Translations under genes and position numbers: made by a program
NCBI GenBank assembly: GCA_963792575.1
Contig: CAWBWZ010000001.1
Location: 125,555 to 189,554, forward strand
Direction: 5' to 3'
Source of the DNA: an uncultured Acidobacteriota bacterium
Lineage (GTDB): Bacteria; Acidobacteriota; Thermoanaerobaculia; Multivoradales; UBA5704
DNA length: 64,000 bases
Shown here: positions 30,327-38,693 of the stretch, piece by piece
How the letters are laid out: every line of letters starts with the position of its first letter
Position numbering within the stretch: the stretch's first letter is position 1
The notes under the pieces: generated by a model
The model's input: the letters and a program-made list of their open reading frames with translations, nothing else
What the model was told of the DNA's origin: nothing
Database searches by the model: none

Positions 30327-31928
30327 ATGCACGCACGAGTCGATCGCCGGGCTGATCCCCGAAAACGAGCCTGGACGAGCCAGGAATCGGACGCCGGGCG
30401 TCCGCTCTTCGCAGGGCTCGTTGCCGCGGCCTTTGTGCTTCTGACCGTGCCGCGCCTTCTCCTGCACGAGCTCTGGCGGGACGAGTCCTGGCTCTGGCTG
30501 GTGGTTCAGGAGAGCCGCTCCGTCCACGATCTGTTCCAGCCGCTGGCCCGGAGCGGTCAGGGGTATCTCTTCCCCCTGCTCTGCTTCCTGGCCGGGCAGG
30601 TGTCGACGTCGCCGCGGGCGATGCAACTCATGCACCTTGTGCTGGCGGGTGGCGCGGCCTTCGCTTTCGCCCGCTGGGCGCCGCTCGGCCGCCGTGAGCG
30701 CGCGCTCTTCGTGCTCGGCTACTTCCCGTTCTACGAATACGCGGTGATCAGCCGCCACTATGCCGCCGGAGCCCTTCTCGCCTGGCTGGCCTGCGCCGCG
30801 GCGCTCAGCCGCCGGCCGGCGCTGGCCCTCGGGGCGGCGCTCGCGCTGCTCTGCCAGACCACCGTCTACGGCTACATCCTGGCCCTCGCGATCGCCTGCG
30901 GATGGCTGCTCGACCGCTGGTTTCGCCGTGGAGAGCTCGCACCATTGCCACGGGGCGAGGCCGCGGCCGGCCTTGCCCTGGCGCTGGCCGGCGCTGTCGC
31001 GGGGCTCATCCAGCTCATCCCGCTGCCCGGCACCAGCTTCGCGCCGGGGTGGCGCTTCGGTTGGGATGCGGCACAGGCTGGCCAGACGCTGAGGATGCCC
31101 TGGCGCACCTTCGTGCCCCTGCCACGGCTCGATCTCCATTTCTGGAACACCAATCTGCTCGACGCCTGGCCCGGTCTGCAAACGCTGGCGGGACTGCTGA
31201 CGCTGGCGCTGGCCATTGCCCTTCTCTGGCCCCGGAAGGCGGCCCTGGCGACCTTCTGCCTCGGCGCCGCCGGCATTCTCGCCTTCGGCTACGTCAAATA
31301 CGCCGGCGTTCTGCGCCACCAGGGGCATTTGTGGCTCCTCTTCGCGGCGGCTCTCTGGCTGGGCGGCGGTTTCCGGGAGGAAGACCGCCGGTCCTGGCGC
31401 GCCCGGACTCTCCTGGTCCTGTTGATCGTCCACTGCGGCGCGGCGGCCTTCGCCAGCTGGATGGATCTCCGCCACCCCTTCTCGAATGGCGCCGCGACCG
31501 CGGAGCTGATCCGCGGCGAGGGGTTGGACCGGCTCCCGTTGTTCGGGTCGCGCGAGCCGCCGGCGGCAACCGTCGCGCTCGCCCTCGGCCGGCCGCTCTA
31601 CTCGCCGTCGCGGGGCGTCTTCGTCACCCATCCGGATTGGGGCCCTGAGCAGCGGGAGCTCAGCGCGCGGGAGGTGCGTTGCGCCGCCCGCGAGCTGGCC
31701 CGGCGAGAGGCCGGGGACATCGTTCTCGTCATGAGCTCGGAGCTCCCACCCTGGGAAGAGCTGACCGCGGCCGGCTCCAGGGTCGGAGCGATCGTGTCCA
31801 CGGAGGACTATCACCTCTACCGGCTGCTTTACAGCCGCCTCGGCTCAACGGCTCAGGCGGCAGGATGCGAGGCCTCCGCGATCACTCCCTCCGCCTCGCC
31901 CGCCGCCAGTTCCGGACCTCCGCCATAA
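30327..31928 (+). CDS. polytopic membrane protein, GT-C (ArnT/PMT-like) glycosyltransferase candidate
   Basis: About 10 hydrophobic segments followed by a soluble C-terminal domain. Divergent from the GT8-like gene. The start is uncertain (ATG 30327). Confidence 0.55.
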   Translation: MHARVDRRADPRKRAWTSQESDAGRPLFAGLVAAAFVLLTVPRLLLHELWRDESWLWLVVQESRSVHDLFQPLARSGQGYLFPLLCFLAGQVSTSPRAMQLMHLVLAGGAAFAFARWAPLGRRERALFVLGYFPFYEYAVISRHYAAGALLAWLACAAALSRRPALALGAALALLCQTTVYGYILALAIACGWLLDRWFRRGELAPLPRGEAAAGLALALAGAVAGLIQLIPLPGTSFAPGWRFGWDAAQAGQTLRMPWRTFVPLPRLDLHFWNTNLLDAWPGLQTLAGLLTLALAIALLWPRKAALATFCLGAAGILAFGYVKYAGVLRHQGHLWLLFAAALWLGGGFREEDRRSWRARTLLVLLIVHCGAAAFASWMDLRHPFSNGAATAELIRGEGLDRLPLFGSREPPAATVALALGRPLYSPSRGVFVTHPDWGPEQRELSAREVRCAARELARREAGDIVLVMSSELPPWEELTAAGSRVGAIVSTEDYHLYRLLYSRLGSTAQAAGCEASAITPSASPAASSGPPP

Positions 31929-33942
31929 GCCGGTCGCGGCGCTCGGCGGCGGTGATCCGCGAGCGTCCGAGGAGACGCCCCATCACGGTGGTGATGGCGC
32001 GGCCGGTCTTCCAGCTTCGCGAATCCAGCGTGGCGGAGAAAATGGCGTCGAGCTCGTCGAGCCACGAGAAGGCGCGGTGGAGGTCCGCCGCGCTTTCCGC
32101 AACCGAGACCGCTGGCGCGCTCAGGCTCGCCGCCGCATGGGTGTGCGCGGAGATCTGATGGCGCAGGCCGCGTGTCGTGGCCTGCGTGCTCTGGTAGGTG
32201 GCGAGCAGGTCCCGCGCTCCGGCGGAGAGGGGTGGGATCGGGTCGAGGTCGAACGCGGTGCCGTTGGCCAGCGCGTCCAGCAGCTCGAGCTGTGGAAAGG
32301 TGAGATAAGGGCGCTCGATCTCGGGCTCGTGCGCATGATGCACGAGCGCGGGGTCCAGGACGGCGCGGATCTCTTTCTCGGTGGGAATCTGAAAGCGCGC
32401 GAGCTCCGGCCTGTGCCGCGCCATCTGGTCATACAGCCGCTGGAGGGTGGCCACGGGATCCGCCATCAGCTCCCGGTGGGAGACGAGGACTCGCGGCAGG
32501 CCCCGGGTGGACGCCAGCGCCTCCAGGGTGTACCGCTCCCAGAGGGCGATGCCGTAGGGGATCGGAATTCCGTCGCGAGCGGCCAGCGAGCGGGCGACCG
32601 GCAGCGGCTCGCGATAGATCAGAACACAGAGCGGGCGTTCGAGGATCTCCCGCCAGAACGGGAAGAGCAGGCAGAGCCGTGGATCTTTGACCACCCAGGA
32701 GCCATGCCGGTCGAGATCCCGGACGATCGCCCGGGCGCGCTCCTTGAAGCGGGCGCGCACCCCTTCTCCCAGGCGGGAGAGATCGAGATCGGCGATCTCG
32801 GACCAGCTCGCGCCGAGCGTCTGGAGAATCGCCTCGTCGACAGACCAGAGGCCCCGATGCTCCCAATAACCTTTCTGATTGTGGTCGTCCCCGGGCGGAA
32901 AGTCCTCTTCCTCTCCGGCCCAGAGTCCCAGCAGCCAGAGGAGATGGGTGATCGCGGAGGTCCCGGAACGGTGCATGCCGAGGACGACCACCTGTGTGGC
33001 CGGAGCGGCCGGCGGGGCGGGGCCCTCCCGGGGCGGCCGCGCGCGTCCGGACCGTGCCTCTCTTTCCTGGCGCAACCGCCGGTTGAAAGCTTCGATCCGT
33101 ACCTGGGCGAACGGATAGGGGGTATGCAGGAGATAGCCTTCGGGGTCGGCGCGGTCGTAGTAGTGCAAGATGGCGGGGTCGACGGCGAGGAATCCCTCCG
33201 GAGGCGGAAATTGGGAGAGGTTAAGCTGGAAATTGAGCTCGACCGGCGCCTCCGCGAACGGGACGGGACAGGCGGCCAGGGCCAGGCTCAGGCTCGCCTG
33301 CTGGCACTGGCGCTCACAAGGGCGGAGGATCTCGAGCTCCTCGGCGAGCCGCTGGTTGTAGTCGCTCCAGACGGGGAGGATCTGGCGCGCCAGGTGGGAC
33401 GGCAGCAGGATCATTCCCGAGTTGAAATAGGGGATCGTCGGCGTCCCGGCGAAGCTGTTGACGTGCTCGCGCGCGGGCAGCGGCAGGCCGTAATGAAGGA
33501 AGGCCCGCTCGAAGACCTCGGGCGTCACGGTCGGCAGCGGAGCGATCCTGGCCTGGAACAGGCCGCGGCGCATCCAGGGGAGCGGATCCTGAATGACCAC
33601 CGTGTCGCAGGCGAGCAGCAGGAGCATCTCGCGGTCTGTCTCCCAGACCTCCTGGAAGAGCTGCGGCTGGTTGGCAAGGCGGTTGTGCGGCTGGAGGGGA
33701 GGAGGGACGATCCGCACCTCGGCCCGGTAGCGCTCGAACTCCTGCCGGAGGCTCCGGTCGAGCCCTCTCACCACACAGATCCGCACCCGCGCGTCCGCCA
33801 TCTCGCCGCCGAACCAGCGGATCGACTGCACGAGCCGCAGCGCCTGGCCGAGGAGCCGGGGATCGTTCTCGGCGACGCAGCCGACGAGAAAATCCTGGGC
33901 GGCGAGCCCGGTCTGCGCGCGAGGGGGGGAGGGCGCCGGCAT
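31882..33942 (-). CDS. fusion protein: GT8-like glycosyltransferase domain + sulfotransferase domain
   Basis: The N-terminal half has LLLLACDTVV and YFNSGMILL (GT8-like). The C-terminal half has VVVLGMHRSGTSAITHLL (PAPS 5-prime-phosphosulfate loop) and SWVVKDPR (3-prime-phosphate motif). Confidence 0.65.
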   Translation of the reverse strand: MPAPSPPRAQTGLAAQDFLVGCVAENDPRLLGQALRLVQSIRWFGGEMADARVRICVVRGLDRSLRQEFERYRAEVRIVPPPLQPHNRLANQPQLFQEVWETDREMLLLLACDTVVIQDPLPWMRRGLFQARIAPLPTVTPEVFERAFLHYGLPLPAREHVNSFAGTPTIPYFNSGMILLPSHLARQILPVWSDYNQRLAEELEILRPCERQCQQASLSLALAACPVPFAEAPVELNFQLNLSQFPPPEGFLAVDPAILHYYDRADPEGYLLHTPYPFAQVRIEAFNRRLRQEREARSGRARPPREGPAPPAAPATQVVVLGMHRSGTSAITHLLWLLGLWAGEEEDFPPGDDHNQKGYWEHRGLWSVDEAILQTLGASWSEIADLDLSRLGEGVRARFKERARAIVRDLDRHGSWVVKDPRLCLLFPFWREILERPLCVLIYREPLPVARSLAARDGIPIPYGIALWERYTLEALASTRGLPRVLVSHRELMADPVATLQRLYDQMARHRPELARFQIPTEKEIRAVLDPALVHHAHEPEIERPYLTFPQLELLDALANGTAFDLDPIPPLSAGARDLLATYQSTQATTRGLRHQISAHTHAAASLSAPAVSVAESAADLHRAFSWLDELDAIFSATLDSRSWKTGRAITTVMGRLLGRSRITAAERRDRLMAEVRNWRRARRRE

Positions 33943-33979
33943 GGTCCGAGCTTCTTACCAGAAGAGGGAAGGGGCGTCT

Positions 33980-36244
33980 ATGGAGGCTGGTGTACACTTC
34001 AGCATCCCGATGCCGCAGTTCCCGCTTCATTCGCTCGTGATCGTCGCCGACGTCGGTGCCGAGCCGTTCCATGTCGGCGACGAGGCGATGCTCGAGGCGA
34101 ATCTCGAGGCGCTGCGCCGGCATGACCCCACCGTCCGCATCACCGTGATCGGCCGCGATGCGGCCCAAACGCCCGCCGAGGCCCTGGCCCGAGCCGGCGG
34201 GCTGTTCGTCTCCGGCGGCGGCAACCTCAGCTCGTCCTGGCCCGGATTGCTCCACCAGCGGATCCGGTGGATGCGCGAGGCGCGGCGGCGGGGGCTTCCG
34301 GTCGTCACCGGCGGCCAGACGATCGGCCCCGAGCTCGTCACGGCGGAACGGTCCAGGCTGGCGAAGGCCCTGGCCGGCGTCGAGCACCTGGGAGTCCGCG
34401 AGCTCCCCTCGGTGGCGCTGGCGCTGCAGATGGGAGTGCCGCTCGACAAGCTCAGCTACCAGCTCGACGACGCGTTCTTCCTCGCCGGTCGTCCGTTTGC
34501 CCCGGAGAAGGGGCCGAGCTGCCCGGACGAGCCGTTCCTGCTCGTCACCCTGGATCCCAGCTTCGCCGCGGCGGAATCCCGCCCAGGCCTCAGCAGCCTC
34601 GCCCTTCAGCTCGCCAGGATCGCGGCCGAGAGCGGACTGCGCCTCGCGTTCCTGCCTCACGTCGGGCCGCCTGGAAGCCTCGGCGACGAGGATGGCCGGG
34701 CGGGGACCGCGCTTGCTCAGCTCTTGCGGGCCGAAGGGGTAGGGTGCGCGCTGCTCCCGGTGATGCCACCCGCGGAAACCGTCTGGATGACGCAGCGGGC
34801 GGCCGCCGTCGTGTCGTCCCGCTACCATCCCCTGGTGTTCGCAACGGCCGCCGCCGTCCCTTGCCTGGGGCTCTATCGCGACGACTACACCCGGATCAAG
34901 CTCCAGGGGGCCCTCGCCCATCTCGGGATGGAGGCCTGGTGCCAGTCGGCCGCGGACGCCGAGAGGTTCGGCCTGATCAAGGCCTTCCGCCGTCTCTGGA
35001 GCCAGCGGGAGGAGATCGCCGCGGCGATGACCCGGGCGCGGCAACCGCTCGCCGCTCAGGAGGAGCGGCGATGGCAACAGCTGTTCGCGCGGCTGGGCTG
35101 GCCGCGGGAATCTGTCGGGCAGCCCGTCGAGCAGCCCGCCGCGGTGCTCCTCGGCTGGCCGGCCGACCAGAGCGGCCGGCTGGCGGCGGCGGCTCTCTCC
35201 GCGCTCGTCCTGCAACGCCAGGCCAGCGAAGCGGAGTCCTGGCACTGGCGGGGTGTCGTCAACCAACTGGAGAGATCGGCCGGCCTCGCCGTCCAGGCCG
35301 TCCGGGGAAGACCGCGAGGGGCTATGGAGGAAACCAAAGTGTTGACAGAGCAGCAATGGAACGACTACTCGCGTGACGGCTTCCTGCATCTCGGAAAGGT
35401 GCTGGAGCCGGAAGAGCTGGAGGCTCTGCGGCACCGGGCCGACGACCTCGCGCTGGGCAACGTCAAGAACCCGGATGTGCAGATGCAGCTCGATACCGGC
35501 GGCGTCTACGAGGACCTGCCGGCGGCAGTCCGCGCTTTCGACCGCGGCACGATGCTCTACCGCAAGATCCAGGGCCTTGAGACCGACGAGCTTTTCGTGC
35601 GGCTCGTGAAGCACCCCCTCTTTCTGGAGATCTGCGCGCGCCAGTACGGCTCGCATGCCCCGGTCTCGATCTTCCGCGCCATGGTGATGAACAAGCCGGC
35701 GGGGCAGGGCACGGTCCTGCCCTGGCACCAGGACGGCGGCGACGTCTGGCGCCTCGACCGCGACCCCCTGGTCACTGTCTGGGTCGCCCTCGACCCGGCG
35801 ACGCGGGCGAATGGCTGTATGGAAGTAGTTCCCGGGACCCACCGTCTGGGGCTGCTGAGCCTGTATGGCAGCACGGTTGAAGAGGAGCACGTGAAAGTCC
35901 ACTGCCCCGCGGAGCGCGTCCAGCCGCTCGAGGTCGAGGCGGGGCACGCCGTCCTGCTCCACAACTGGTTGATCCATCGCTCCGGAGTCAATCCGACGTC
36001 CGTGCCGCGGCGCGCCCTGACGGTCTGTTACATGGACGGCCGCACGCTGAGCACTCTGACCGGCAACCCTTTTCCTCTCGTAGCCGGCTCCTTGCCCGCG
36101 GAGTACCCGTTCGTCCACCAGCTGCGCCAGGACTGCGCGACATTGCGCGAGCTCGCGACCCGGCGGATGTGGAAAGTGGGGCTTCAGCAGCTCCGGGGCG
36201 GGCTCTCCCGCTTGCGCTCCCGCCTGACGGCGGCCACGCGCTAA
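33980..36244 (+). CDS. polysaccharide pyruvyl transferase domain fused in frame to a PhyH-type Fe(II)/2-oxoglutarate dioxygenase domain
   Basis: The N-terminal ~360 aa have GGGNL..., VVSSRYHPLVFA (CsaB/WcaK-like). From 35324 comes MEETKVLTEQQWNDYSRDGFLHLG ... LPWHQDG ... HNWLIHRSGVN (PhyH). There is no stop codon between the two domains in the given sequence. Confidence 0.65.
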   Translation: MEAGVHFSIPMPQFPLHSLVIVADVGAEPFHVGDEAMLEANLEALRRHDPTVRITVIGRDAAQTPAEALARAGGLFVSGGGNLSSSWPGLLHQRIRWMREARRRGLPVVTGGQTIGPELVTAERSRLAKALAGVEHLGVRELPSVALALQMGVPLDKLSYQLDDAFFLAGRPFAPEKGPSCPDEPFLLVTLDPSFAAAESRPGLSSLALQLARIAAESGLRLAFLPHVGPPGSLGDEDGRAGTALAQLLRAEGVGCALLPVMPPAETVWMTQRAAAVVSSRYHPLVFATAAAVPCLGLYRDDYTRIKLQGALAHLGMEAWCQSAADAERFGLIKAFRRLWSQREEIAAAMTRARQPLAAQEERRWQQLFARLGWPRESVGQPVEQPAAVLLGWPADQSGRLAAAALSALVLQRQASEAESWHWRGVVNQLERSAGLAVQAVRGRPRGAMEETKVLTEQQWNDYSRDGFLHLGKVLEPEELEALRHRADDLALGNVKNPDVQMQLDTGGVYEDLPAAVRAFDRGTMLYRKIQGLETDELFVRLVKHPLFLEICARQYGSHAPVSIFRAMVMNKPAGQGTVLPWHQDGGDVWRLDRDPLVTVWVALDPATRANGCMEVVPGTHRLGLLSLYGSTVEEEHVKVHCPAERVQPLEVEAGHAVLLHNWLIHRSGVNPTSVPRRALTVCYMDGRTLSTLTGNPFPLVAGSLPAEYPFVHQLRQDCATLRELATRRMWKVGLQQLRGGLSRLRSRLTAATR

Positions 36245-36480
36245 TGGGGCGCGCCTGAAAACCACCGGAAGTAGTAGCACCGCCGAGGCAGAGCCGGCTT
36301 CTCCAGGGCGGAGTTAGCTTATCCAGAACGCCACCAGACTTCCGAAGGCCCGTCCACAGGCGGGAGGCTACGAACCGATCACGATTGATGCCTCCGCGGA
36401 GCTCGCGTCGTTCACCCAAGGCGGCTGCACACCAGAACGCCCATGCGCTAGGATCGAGGCTTGAAGGAGGGGAGGGAGCG

Positions 36481-37245
36481 ATGATCGAGGAAGAGGTCGA
36501 GATCCGCACCGCCGACGGAACCGCCGGCGGCCTTCTCTATAGGGCTGAGGACGCTCAGGGCGGAGGCCGCCGCGAGCCCGGCGTCATCTTCCTGACCGAC
36601 ATCGGCGGCATGCGCCCCTCCCAGCGCGGGATGGCGTGCCGTCTCGCCGAGGCCGGATACACTGTTTTGATGCCCAACCTCTTCTACCGGACGGGAGAGC
36701 CGCCGGTAATCGACCTTTCGCCGGGCTTCGAGGACGAGGGGGTGCAGAGACGGCTGGCGGAGCTCAGAGCGTCGCTGCCGCCGGAGGCGGTGGAGCGCGA
36801 TGCCGCGGCCTACGTCGACTTTCTCGCCGCCCAGGATTCCGTGGGGAAAAGTGGGATGGGCGTCGTCGGTTTCTGCTTCGCGGGGGGAGTTGCGTTGCGG
36901 ATCGCGGCGGCACGGCCGGACCGGATCGCCGCCGCCGCCTCCTTCCATGGCGGCGGGCTCGCCACCGACGCTCCCACCAGCCCCCATCTCCTCCTGCCGC
37001 GCATCAGCAAGGCCCGGCTCTACTTTGGGCACGCGGCGCAGGACCGCGGCATGCCGGAAGCGGCGATCGAAAAGCTCGACCGGGCGCTCGACGCCTGGGG
37101 TGGCCGATACGAAAGCAAGGTTTACGAGGGCGCGTTTCACGGCTGGACGGTGCCGGACAGCCCGGTCTACAACCAGCCCCAGGCCGAACGCGCGTTCCGG
37201 AAGCTGACGGAGCTGTTCGCGGAAACCTTGCGAAACCCGGCCTGA
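36481..37245 (+). CDS. dienelactone hydrolase family protein
   Basis: 254 aa, from the ATG preceded by GGAGGGGAGGGAG. It has GVIFLTDIGG, GVVGFCFAGG (nucleophile elbow with Cys) and a C-terminal ...GAFHGW. Confidence 0.85.
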   Translation: MIEEEVEIRTADGTAGGLLYRAEDAQGGGRREPGVIFLTDIGGMRPSQRGMACRLAEAGYTVLMPNLFYRTGEPPVIDLSPGFEDEGVQRRLAELRASLPPEAVERDAAAYVDFLAAQDSVGKSGMGVVGFCFAGGVALRIAAARPDRIAAAASFHGGGLATDAPTSPHLLLPRISKARLYFGHAAQDRGMPEAAIEKLDRALDAWGGRYESKVYEGAFHGWTVPDSPVYNQPQAERAFRKLTELFAETLRNPA

Positions 37246-37273
37246 CGGCGTTGCCTTCAGCGAAGAGTTTTCT

Positions 37274-37304
37274 GACACGTCAGAGAGCGTCACCGACACG
37301 TCAG
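37274..37304. promoter_or_regulatory. two direct copies of GACACGTCAG spaced 21 bp (candidate activator site)
   Basis: Copies at 37274..37283 and 37295..37304, about 65-95 bp upstream of the sigma-54-like element. Confidence 0.35.
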
Positions 37305-37366
37305 GATCTCCTCCGTGGGCATCCTTGCGGCGGCCGGCCACGGAGGAATGAACCGATCCGGGGTCC

Positions 37367-37382
37367 TGGCTTGTGCATTGCA
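37367..37382 (+). promoter_or_regulatory. sigma-54 (-24/-12) type promoter candidate
   Basis: TGGCTTGTGCATTGCA fits TGGCAC-N5-TTGCA with exact GG-N10-GC spacing. It lies 43 nt upstream of ATG 37425. Confidence 0.45.
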
Positions 37383-37424
37383 CAGGCAGTTTGAGTTTCC
37401 AAATTCCAGGAGGAGGGGTGAGTC

Positions 37425-38639
37425 ATGTGGCAGATCGCTAGTCTGAACAACCTCACGGGACAGGCCGTCAGCTTCAGCGACGGACAACCGCTCAATGCCG
37501 TGCGCGGCGGCAACGGGACTTCGTATCGCATGGTGGTCAACGGCTATGGGTTCCTTGATTTTACGGAAGTGTTTCATCCGCTCTCGCAATACTTCGGGAT
37601 CGGCTTTCTCGACTTGAACGGAGCGGGGCTCGCCTATGTCACGGAAGTGGCGCAGCTCGTGCTGACGCTGCAGCCCGCCGGCACCTTTGCGGTATCCCTT
37701 CCCGGGGGGCCGCCGAGCCAGGGAAACCTGAAGCCGTTGCCGCAGGTCTCCGCCGGAGACGCGCAGACGCTCGATGAGATGATGACGTTGAAGATCGTCC
37801 CTTATCAGGACATTCCCGACGCTCCGGGCAAGTCGATGCAGGAGATCGAGCAGCTCGGCCAGCAGTACTTCCCGTTCACGCCCTATAGCTTCCAGTTGGC
37901 GATGTCGATCTATGACTGGACGACCGCCGATTTCGCGCGCATGGTGTTTTACAAGATTTTTGCCTACACCGGTATCGCGCAATCGCCTTTGCCGCTCGAC
38001 CTGGCCGGCATCGCCCAGGCGATCTGGACCTCGAACTGGCCTCCCTACATACCTCAGAATGCCGATTACATGAATTCGTTCATGATGACGCCGGCCAACA
38101 GTTACGAAGAGGTGTACAACCAGCTGCAGGCGAACTACTTGCAGGTACAATCCTTCAACGACGCGGAAAACCGCCTGCTGTCCGCCGCCTTCGCCTCCAT
38201 GCCGCGGACCTCGATCATCGCCGAGCCTCTGCTCTACAGCGGGCAGCTGGATATCCAGAATCTTGGAAGCCAGCATTTCGCGACGGAGTTCCTGCAGAAT
38301 CCCTTGAACCGGGGGCCGGTGGGAGTGCCGCTCGAGATGCCTCTGCAACAGGCGCTCGACACGTTCATCGTGCCCGGCGCCACGCTCACGACCAAGATGG
38401 TGTGGAGTTTCGGCAACTCGATGGAAGAGGCGATGACGTATCAGAATGGCATCATCCTGATCGCGGTACCTCCCGCCGGCAGCATGGTGTGGAACACCGT
38501 GAGCTACATCACGCCGATCTCCGACGACTCGACCAAGATCGAATATACCTTCGCGCCCGGCACCAGCTTTCTGGTGAAAAACGTCGAAACCCGGACCGTT
38601 CAAGGCAAGCCGGTGGTGGTCATCACCCTGCAGACCTAG
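37425..38639 (+). CDS. orphan hypothetical protein (404 aa), lower GC, C-terminal region faintly ADP-ribosyltransferase-like
   Basis: [14 protein letters not shown]. Codon usage is richer in A/T than the neighbours. No signal peptide. C-terminal strings LLYSG, VWSFGNS, IILIAVPPAGS and KIEYTFAPGTSFLVKNV. Confidence 0.6.
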   Translation: MWQIASLNNLTGQAVSFSDGQPLNAVRGGNGTSYRMVVNGYGFLDFTEVFHPLSQYFGIGFLDLNGAGLAYVTEVAQLVLTLQPAGTFAVSLPGGPPSQGNLKPLPQVSAGDAQTLDEMMTLKIVPYQDIPDAPGKSMQEIEQLGQQYFPFTPYSFQLAMSIYDWTTADFARMVFYKIFAYTGIAQSPLPLDLAGIAQAIWTSNWPPYIPQNADYMNSFMMTPANSYEEVYNQLQANYLQVQSFNDAENRLLSAAFASMPRTSIIAEPLLYSGQLDIQNLGSQHFATEFLQNPLNRGPVGVPLEMPLQQALDTFIVPGATLTTKMVWSFGNSMEEAMTYQNGIILIAVPPAGSMVWNTVSYITPISDDSTKIEYTFAPGTSFLVKNVETRTVQGKPVVVITLQT

Positions 38640-38693
38640 AGCGACGTTTTACAGATACCGGCTTCAGTGGCCATCGACTGCTTCGGGGCGTTG

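Noticed and set aside
30312-31814. N-terminal ~500 aa of track ORF 29265..31814(-)
   Set aside because: This part is low-complexity Arg/Pro/Gly-rich. The opposite strand encodes a convincing polytopic membrane protein, and the GT8-like domain starts at the Met at 30311.
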